From a virus, in the IMG/VR virus record IMGVR_UViG_3300033565_000024: a stretch of DNA of 48,298 nt; one strand, given 5' to 3'. Below, one piece after another: positions 42,443 through 48,298 of this stretch. A program made the translations under genes and the position numbers. The notes beneath the pieces are model-generated. The model did no database searches and was not told the DNA's origin. It worked only from the letters and a program-made list of their open reading frames with translations. Every line of letters begins with the position of its first letter. The first letter of the stretch is position 1.

Positions 42443-42885
42443 TATACTTTTTTTGGCTCCTTAATTTTTGCAATTCCGGTGTTTCTGGCAGATAAGTTCT
42501 CAATAGTTATAGAATGTCTTTCAATAATCTGAATCAACTTTTCATTCTGCAATACAAGCCTACTTATGATCTCGTGGTCTGATAGTATGTTTGGCCCCTT
42601 GTCATAACCTGATTGTTCGGGTTCACGAACCTCTGAAATATCTAGAGAATGATCAATCTGTTTTGCCTCACTACTTACCATTTCTCCCCGACCGTATAGA
42701 ATCCACTCGGGGTTAATATTCAGATTTCGTTTCAGTTTTTTCAGAAAATTATCGTTTATTTTATCTGAACCAGCCTCAATGTTTCTATAAGATCGCTCAG
42801 ACATAGGTATTTTTTCTGCAAATTCTTTCACAGAATACCCGAGCCTCTCTCTTACAATTATCAGTCTTTCTGTTTGTTCGCTCAT
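42442..42885 (-). CDS. XRE-family (CI-like) repressor
   Basis: IVRERLGYSVKEFAEKIPMSERSYRNIEAG (HTH), NPEWILYGRGEM. Divergent from the early operon. Confidence 0.8.
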   Translation of the reverse strand: MSEQTERLIIVRERLGYSVKEFAEKIPMSERSYRNIEAGSDKINDNFLKKLKRNLNINPEWILYGRGEMVSSEAKQIDHSLDISEVREPEQSGYDKGPNILSDHEIISRLVLQNEKLIQIIERHSITIENLSARNTGIAKIKEPKKV

Positions 42886-42912
42886 TATTTTAAATTGATC
42901 TAAATAATAATT

Positions 42913-42975
42913 ATCAGTTTTCTGATATTTATTTTGCAGAAAATGCAGATTATTCAGTTTTCTGCTTTATATTTG
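42913..42975. promoter_or_regulatory. Switch region: three related operator-like sites and rightward -7 box TATATTTG
   Basis: ATCAGTTTTCTGAT 42913-42926, TGCAGAAAATGCAGA 42935-42949, TTCAGTTTTCTGC 42953-42965, TATATTTG 42968-42975. Confidence 0.55.
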
Positions 42976-43036
42976 CCTTGTCATTTACAAAGATAGTTTA
43001 CAAAAACAAAGAAAACAATACTAAAAAACGGGTATA

Positions 43037-43273
43037 ATGAAAATCAGACAAGAGGTTCTTGAACGCATGAAAGGCCGGGCAAAGGATATTAAGCCCAGGA
43101 TCATGGATGAAATGGGAGTAACAAAGCAGGCAGTTGACTATTGGTTTGCACAAAACAAAGAAAACGGCTGGCTTACCTGTAAACCGGTTCTCATCATAAT
43201 CGGGGAAACGCTCAATCTTACGGATGAAGAAATTTTAACAGAATCAGAAACATGCGAAACAGCATCGAGGTAA
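43037..43273 (+). CDS. Cro-like small HTH protein
   Basis: 78 aa. IMDEMGVTKQAVDYWF. First gene of the rightward operon. Confidence 0.55.
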   Translation: MKIRQEVLERMKGRAKDIKPRIMDEMGVTKQAVDYWFAQNKENGWLTCKPVLIIIGETLNLTDEEILTESETCETASR

Positions 43274-43794
43274 CATATTCCATAGAATCCGGATTGAGCA
43301 TTGCAATCATTATCCCGTACAAGGATATTGACAAATCACTGCTATCTGAATTCATGGAAGAGCTTCAGTCATTGCCAAATGTAGTTCAAAGGCTGAAAGC
43401 TCGCGGACTTGTTTCGGATGAAGACATGCTCCGTGATTATCTCATTTGTCGCTATGGAGGTTCAGATAATATTCTTGATCTGCTTAACGGTGTAACTAAA
43501 TCTGATTATTGCCATTGCGGCAACCGCGGCCACTGCCCGGATGAGGGCTTTACCGGGCTTTGCAGCCAACCCCCAACAGTTGAGGATGTGAAGCTAAGCA
43601 GTACGGAAATCGAATTACTGTCACTCATTGGTAAAGACAGGTCTATTAAGGAAATAGCCAGTATCAGGAACCGAAGCATTCACACAATTGAAACACAAGC
43701 TAAATCCATTAGGGCCAAATTATCAGCTCACAGCATGGCATGTGTTCTTGCTAAAACATCCGCTTTGGGAATTACTAATCCATTTAAGGTATGA
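43252..43794 (+). CDS. LuxR/GerE-type transcriptional regulator with N-terminal Cys/His cluster
   Basis: SSTEIELLSLIGKDRSIKEIASIRNRSIHTIETQAKSIRAKL. DYCHCGNRGHCPDEGFTGLC. Confidence 0.7.
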   Translation: MRNSIEVTYSIESGLSIAIIIPYKDIDKSLLSEFMEELQSLPNVVQRLKARGLVSDEDMLRDYLICRYGGSDNILDLLNGVTKSDYCHCGNRGHCPDEGFTGLCSQPPTVEDVKLSSTEIELLSLIGKDRSIKEIASIRNRSIHTIETQAKSIRAKLSAHSMACVLAKTSALGITNPFKV

Positions 43795-44138
43795 CAACGA
43801 AACAAGTATTTGAAGTTTCCGCTGAGGACTTTGAAAAGGCTATTGATAACAAGCTTTCTCAATTGGTAAAAGATAATGTCCTTGCAAAATATGAAGACCG
43901 AATCATTACCGCATCAGCAGCAAGTGAAATACTTGGTATTCATATAACCACACTATACCGGTACATAGGATCCGGACTGATCACCCCTATTGATCACAGG
44001 GCAAAGGCTGACTACAAATTCAACCTGAGAATGATTCTTGAATTCGACATGAATGTAAAACATAAAAGCATCAGGAAGTGGAAAAGCTCACAAAACTTAT
44101 CAAAGAACTGTATCCAGGATACTGCATCTCATGTATAG
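43791..44138 (+). CDS. HTH DNA-binding protein (excisionase-like)
   Basis: ASEILGIHITTLYRYIGSGLITP (MerR/Xis-type HTH). Confidence 0.5.
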   Translation: MTTKQVFEVSAEDFEKAIDNKLSQLVKDNVLAKYEDRIITASAASEILGIHITTLYRYIGSGLITPIDHRAKADYKFNLRMILEFDMNVKHKSIRKWKSSQNLSKNCIQDTASHV

Positions 44139-44338
44139 AGCAGTTCTACCGGCCATCAAGGGGCTGGCAAACAAGAGTTAACAGAAAAGATATTTCAACC
44201 TTTAAACCTCCTATCGCGTACAAGAAAACCATTGAATTAGGGTCAACCCGCATTTGTGTGAGGCTGCTAAACAAGGAAAGCGGAGAGGTAAGAAGGCCAG
44301 ATATTTTGATCTGCGGAACGGAACCACAATTCATTTAA
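44078..44338 (+). CDS. Hypothetical protein (61-nt overlap with upstream gene)
   Basis: 86-aa ORF that fills an otherwise 215-bp gap. Natural-looking N-terminus MEKLTKLIKEL. Confidence 0.35.
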   Translation: MEKLTKLIKELYPGYCISCIEQFYRPSRGWQTRVNRKDISTFKPPIAYKKTIELGSTRICVRLLNKESGEVRRPDILICGTEPQFI

Positions 44339-44352
44339 CCAAAACCAAAGCT

Positions 44353-44640
44353 ATGACAAACCAAACTGCATCCCAATTCACAATGTCGCCAATCGACAAT
44401 CTATTGAGCTGGTCAATCGAATCACTCAAGAAGTTAACAAAACACGCTAAAACTCTTAGTGAAGTCCTTGAGGATAACCTTACCGATGATGAGTTGAAAC
44501 GCATTTACAAGTACATCACAGTTTCGGAATCTACAAAAGAATGTTCTTCCATCAGGCAGGCGCTCTGTGTATTTCGTTGGTCTGAAACAATGGAGGGCCG
44601 CGAATACTGGGCGAAAGTTTATTCACGCTTTGAAGACTAA
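44353..44640 (+). CDS. Hypothetical protein
   Basis: Start moved to ATG 44353 (MTNQTASQF), because the longer ORF overlaps the previous one. Confidence 0.5.
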   Translation: MTNQTASQFTMSPIDNLLSWSIESLKKLTKHAKTLSEVLEDNLTDDELKRIYKYITVSESTKECSSIRQALCVFRWSETMEGREYWAKVYSRFED

Positions 44641-44645
44641 AAGCC

Positions 44646-44933
44646 ATGGAACACCATTTTTCTCCTGAATTCAACGGCTTCCGCGAATGCAATTACTGCG
44701 GTGATGTGCATTTCATTGATGATCTCGATACCGATTTGCTGTGTATGAATTGCGCTACAGGTCCATGTTACCGGTGCGAATACGTTTTCAAAAAAGCAGA
44801 GCTTGTTTCTGATCACCAATACGGGGAACTGTGTGAATGTTGCGCTGCTGAAGTGACAGAAGAAAGAGCTAATAGGTTCCTTCACAAATTGCAAGCCTCA
44901 CAAATTGCCATTGAAACCATACAAGAATTATAA
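44646..44933 (+). CDS. Cys-rich zinc-finger protein
   Basis: CNYCG...CMNCATGPCYRC...CECC. Confidence 0.55.
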   Translation: MEHHFSPEFNGFRECNYCGDVHFIDDLDTDLLCMNCATGPCYRCEYVFKKAELVSDHQYGELCECCAAEVTEERANRFLHKLQASQIAIETIQEL

Positions 44934-44953
44934 TAACCAAAACACCACACACC

Positions 44954-45835
44954 ATGAACACACCACAATTGGACTGGCTTGAACAGTTGGACCCGGTAAG
45001 ACTACCGGAACACGAAAAGATCAAATCACAATGGATTTCAACCTTTTCGAAAATTCACAGGGTTGATGAATCACATGCAGCTACCGTTTTTGAAAAGGAA
45101 GCCCTTTACTGGAGAAAGGCCGTATCTGCTGATGAGAAACTGAAGGCGTGTACAAAACTGACACTGTATTCAGCTTTTATGGAACTGGCCGTTAACGGGC
45201 TATCACTGCAGCCTGGCAGCAAATCCGAATGTTTCCTTGAAAGCCGTGGCACAAAAGCCGGCAAAGACACGCAAGGCAATGACACCTACATAAATCTGTG
45301 CTATGTCAGAATCACAGCGTATGGAGAGCTGAACCTTCGTATCATGTCCGGCCAGATCATCAGGATGAAAAATCCTATAGTCCTATACGAGGGTGATCAC
45401 TTTCAACCATTGACTAATGAGCGCGGGGAACTGATCATTGACTACAAACCTATTATACCTCGCAAATCTTCAAAGATTTTCGGCTGCTGGGTGTGTATTG
45501 AATTGCCCGGCGGAAGCCTTGACTTCAAATGGCTTCTGGTTGATGATATTGAGAGGCTTAAAAAATACAGTACTCCTAAATATGCCAATGCAAAACCAAA
45601 TGCATTGTATCAGTCAGAAAACGGAGGTATTGACCCAGGTTTCCTTGAAGCTAAAACAATCAAACACGCTATGCGGTCCTACACAAAATTACGTGTTGGT
45701 GAAAACGTGGCCATGGATGATGAGGCCGAAGAAGTTGAAACCATGGATGCCGATGCAAAAGAGCCTTACGGAAACCCGCTACAAAACAACGCCGAAACAG
45801 TAAAATTTGAATTAAACCCTAACGAATCATTCTGA
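44954..45835 (+). CDS. recT: RecT-family single-strand annealing protein
   Basis: LYSAFMELAVNGLSLQPGSKSECFL, ITAYGELNLRIMSGQI, VLYEGDHF, AKTIKHAMRS. 293 aa. Confidence 0.65.
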   Translation: MNTPQLDWLEQLDPVRLPEHEKIKSQWISTFSKIHRVDESHAATVFEKEALYWRKAVSADEKLKACTKLTLYSAFMELAVNGLSLQPGSKSECFLESRGTKAGKDTQGNDTYINLCYVRITAYGELNLRIMSGQIIRMKNPIVLYEGDHFQPLTNERGELIIDYKPIIPRKSSKIFGCWVCIELPGGSLDFKWLLVDDIERLKKYSTPKYANAKPNALYQSENGGIDPGFLEAKTIKHAMRSYTKLRVGENVAMDDEAEEVETMDADAKEPYGNPLQNNAETVKFELNPNESF

Positions 45836-47037
45836 TGGAAACCACAACCGCACTGGCACCTGTAATTGATACAGCTGCTTTAGTAACAATCATCGATCAG
45901 GCTCCAGCTATCCTGAATGAAAACATTAATAGTCACGACAAAGCTGTTCAGGCAGGTGAAAAGTATATCAGCCTTGTACAGCAATCAGGCATGAATGATG
46001 AGCTTGACAAGCTGTTGGCAGCATACCTGGACAAAGTGAGAACTACTCACAAAACGATGAATGAAAGGCGCAAACCATTCACTCAGATCGTTTCGGAAGT
46101 TGCAAGACGATTCACATCACTTGAGGGTGATCTTGACCCCGCAGGCAAATCAAATATCTTTTTCAAAATTCAGAGTTTGCGGAATGAGTTCGCTGCTGCA
46201 AAAATCGCAGAACAGCAAAAGCGTGAACGCGAAGCCCGGGAAAAGCTCGAAAAGGAAAAGGAAAAGATCAGTATTCAGTCCTTCGCTGAATCATCATTGC
46301 GACAGGCAGTTGCAAGCTATACAGCATCATTCAAGGCAAAGATGAATGATATATTTGAGAGCCTTACCCTCGAAAATGTTGATCATGGTGCTGAACAGTT
46401 TGCAGGCATAGAGCAGATCAACCCGGTATTACTCCCAATGCCTCAAACCCCGATGTACCTGTACACCAAACCCGAAGAGGTTACAAGTATCCTGGTAGAG
46501 GTTCGCAACAGTGAAATGCTCCTTGCTGAACTGAAAGATCAGTACAAAAAAGAGGTTGTTGCCTTACGTGCTGAGCTGATCGACAAACTCCCAAGCAAGA
46601 AAGCCGAACTGCAAGCCATTGCAAAGGCCGGCGAAGCTGAAAAAGCACGGCTTCAGCTTGAGGCCGACAAACGCAAAAAAGAGGCAGAAATAAAACTTGC
46701 ACAGGAAACTGAAGCAAAGGCAAAACAAGCCATTGAAGATGCACTTGCAAAGGAACAGGCTGCACAGTTGGATGCAACAGTAAATGTGCAGGCTGAACTC
46801 TTCCAGGAAGCTCCAAAGGTGAAAGAAGGATGCGAGATCATCATCAAGAACCAGGCGGCATGGCAGTTAATATTCTCTTTCTGGTGGGAACGTGAAGGCA
46901 AGACACTACCGGTTGAAAAGATCGAAAAGAAAACCATGCTGCAGATGAAAGCTTTCTGCGAAGCTTTCTACATCAAGACCGGGGAAGAAATCACCTCTAC
47001 TTTGATCGAATACAAAATCACTTACAAAGCGAAGTAG
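45835..47037 (+). CDS. Coiled-coil protein of unknown function
   Basis: 400 aa. EQQKREREAREKLEKEKEK and EAEKARLQLEADKRKKEAEIK. Lies between recT and the nuclease gene. Confidence 0.55.
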   Translation: METTTALAPVIDTAALVTIIDQAPAILNENINSHDKAVQAGEKYISLVQQSGMNDELDKLLAAYLDKVRTTHKTMNERRKPFTQIVSEVARRFTSLEGDLDPAGKSNIFFKIQSLRNEFAAAKIAEQQKREREAREKLEKEKEKISIQSFAESSLRQAVASYTASFKAKMNDIFESLTLENVDHGAEQFAGIEQINPVLLPMPQTPMYLYTKPEEVTSILVEVRNSEMLLAELKDQYKKEVVALRAELIDKLPSKKAELQAIAKAGEAEKARLQLEADKRKKEAEIKLAQETEAKAKQAIEDALAKEQAAQLDATVNVQAELFQEAPKVKEGCEIIIKNQAAWQLIFSFWWEREGKTLPVEKIEKKTMLQMKAFCEAFYIKTGEEITSTLIEYKITYKAK

Positions 47038-47705
47038 TGCAAAATCCTGACACATATTACGACCGGACAGAAGTCAGCAACAGCTCCCTGAGCTGGCTTA
47101 AACTTCAGCTCTTCCCAAGAGAAATGCCAGACCCAACCATGGCATATCTCTTCGGGAACCTGGTCGATGCTGTTATCACCGAAAATGGCCGCGTTGATTA
47201 TTTCAGAAAGACAATTGACGGCCAGCAGGTACCGGCTGAATGGTTTGAAAAAGCTGAAGCTATGAAGCGCTCATTCTTTGCGGATGATATGTGCAGGGCT
47301 TTGATTCAGGGTGCCGGTACCCAAACGGTAATGAGCTGTGAACGGACTTTCAATTATCAGGGAGTTGAATTCAGTCTTCCGGTTCGCTGTAAGTGGGATT
47401 TATTCAAAGAGAATTTAGGCTTCGGGGGAGACATTAAAAGCACTACAGCGACCACACAGGCACAATTTGAGGCAGCGGTTAAGTATTTCGACTACGACCG
47501 GCAAAGAGCCTGGTATATGGATATCGCACAGACATTAGGCTACAAGGCTGACAAAGATGTGCTGATAGGTATCAGTAAAGTTAATTTCAAAGTATTTAAA
47601 GTTTACATCAATAGGCAGTCACCGCTTTACACATCAGGAGTTGACAAATATAATTTCCTTGCATTCAGGTGGCACTTGCTTTTTGGTGAAAATAATGCAG
47701 CGTGA
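47037..47705 (+). CDS. PD-(D/E)XK exonuclease (recombination partner of RecT)
   Basis: GTG start overlapping the upstream stop. LFGNLVDAVITE and CKWDLFKENLGFGGDIKST fit D...D/E-x-K. Confidence 0.55.
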   Translation: MQNPDTYYDRTEVSNSSLSWLKLQLFPREMPDPTMAYLFGNLVDAVITENGRVDYFRKTIDGQQVPAEWFEKAEAMKRSFFADDMCRALIQGAGTQTVMSCERTFNYQGVEFSLPVRCKWDLFKENLGFGGDIKSTTATTQAQFEAAVKYFDYDRQRAWYMDIAQTLGYKADKDVLIGISKVNFKVFKVYINRQSPLYTSGVDKYNFLAFRWHLLFGENNAA

Positions 47706-47944
47706 TGGATAAAAATAAAACAGACGGTAACGACCCGGTGCATGCGGCTTTCAGCATTAATGACAAAGGAGATGGAAGAGAACAAGCAGGTATCACTATT
47801 CGTGAACAATTTGCAATAGCAGCAATGCAAGGCATATTAGCAAGCAGGCCAGAGGGTGATTTGCCGGGTCAGTATGGAATCGAGAAAACGGCAGAGGCAG
47901 CCGTAAAATGTGCGGATGCTCTTATCAAAGAACTTAACAAATAA
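47702..47944 (+). CDS. Hypothetical protein
   Basis: 80 aa, ATGA-type overlap. Confidence 0.55.
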   Translation: MMDKNKTDGNDPVHAAFSINDKGDGREQAGITIREQFAIAAMQGILASRPEGDLPGQYGIEKTAEAAVKCADALIKELNK

Positions 47945-47962
47945 TTAATCAAATCAAATCCC

Positions 47963-48298
47963 ATGCAATACATAATCAAAAAAGCAAAAATCAAAGACAT
48001 GACCCTTACGGTCGAAATGGAAGAAATCATTTATCCTGAAAACGCAAGTCCCATCACAAATGATGTGACAAAGAAATCAGATCAGCTGATTCATGAAGAT
48101 CTGAGAGCTGCATTTGATAAGCTTATACCCCACCTGGTGCATATCTGCGAACAGAAAGAGGCTGGAGTGGCTGAGCTAAAATTTTCACGCGAAAACTTAG
48201 AACTTGAACCAGAAGAATTAGCCGAACAAGCACTCCTCCCATATAGTGTAACCGGCTTCGTTATCGGTGGAAGTAACGAACACCTTGGAGTAACCCTC
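47963..48298 (+). CDS. Hypothetical protein, 5' part of the wrap-around ORF (continues at 2..451)
   Basis: ATG 47963 (MQYIIKKAKIKDMTL...), open to the window end. Same frame as 2..451 through the 127-bp overlap. Confidence 0.6.
   Translation, partial: MQYIIKKAKIKDMTLTVEMEEIIYPENASPITNDVTKKSDQLIHEDLRAAFDKLIPHLVHICEQKEAGVAELKFSRENLELEPEELAEQALLPYSVTGFVIGGSNEHLGVTL
48172..48298. repeat. Terminal overlap identical to 1..127
   Basis: Direct comparison of both ends. Confidence 0.95.

Larger units (their letters stand above)
1..48298. mobile_element. Complete circular temperate tailed-phage genome (unique length 48,171 bp), window opened inside a gene
   Basis: Identical 127-bp ends. Full set of terminase, portal, capsid, tape measure, lysis, integrase and repressor genes. 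No flanking host genes. Confidence 0.85.

Noticed and set aside
1-48298. Search for CRISPR arrays, reverse transcriptase/DGR or retron elements, transposases, toxin-antitoxin pairs and stop-codon recoding
   Set aside because: No spaced direct-repeat arrays, no YxDD-containing ORF and no DDE/IS-type ORFs were seen. Long uninterrupted ORFs under the standard code argue against recoding despite the odd tRNA.

Overview
The window is a complete, circularly closed genome of a temperate tailed phage with siphovirus-type morphogenesis genes. Bases 1-127 are identical to 48172-48298, so the unique circle is 48,171 bp. The linear window is cut inside a gene: 47963..48298 continues in frame into 2..451. 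Promoter architecture (TAnnTTTG -7 boxes, A-rich leaders, no Shine-Dalgarno) points to a Bacteroidota host. Starting from the lysogeny switch, the order is as follows. (1) A repressor block on the minus strand (41427-42885). (2) A rightward early operon (43037 onward) with Cro-like, LuxR-type and Xis-like HTH genes, RecT and a PD-(D/E)XK exonuclease. (3) After the wrap-around, an interrupted tRNA (495-600). (4) A DNA-modification / anti-restriction island (629-8424). It holds a C5-MTase with six tandem TRD-like repeats, an orphan DndC-like PAPS-reductase-fold protein, an SNF2-helicase::amino-MTase fusion and a HARP-SNF2 helicase. (5) Replication genes: a DUF4373 organizer with internal 11-bp iterons, DnaB, a RuvC-like resolvase and a PD-(D/E)XK nuclease. 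(6) Packaging and head genes: TerS, TerL, portal, MuF with a C-terminal RadC/JAB-like domain, a reverse-oriented HNH/ASCH cassette, scaffold, a decoration-like protein and a lambda-E-like capsid. (7) Tail genes: G/GT frameshift chaperone, 1198-aa tape measure, Dit, Tal with FN3 domains, fibers and a LamG+SGNH esterase. (8) A lysis block with an embedded ECF-like sigma factor. (9) An accessory/lysogeny region with two tyrosine recombinases, an initiator-like tRNA(CAT) and a secreted protein. The most notable non-coding signals are two. One is a 15-bp palindrome T(T/A)GTCTnTnAGACAA fused, mostly at a fixed 9-bp spacing, to the -7 box in front of about ten transcription units. The other is a structured leader (13-bp stem enclosing two GNRA hairpins) in front of the second recombinase. 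All functional calls come from motifs read in the supplied translations and sequence. No database search was run.
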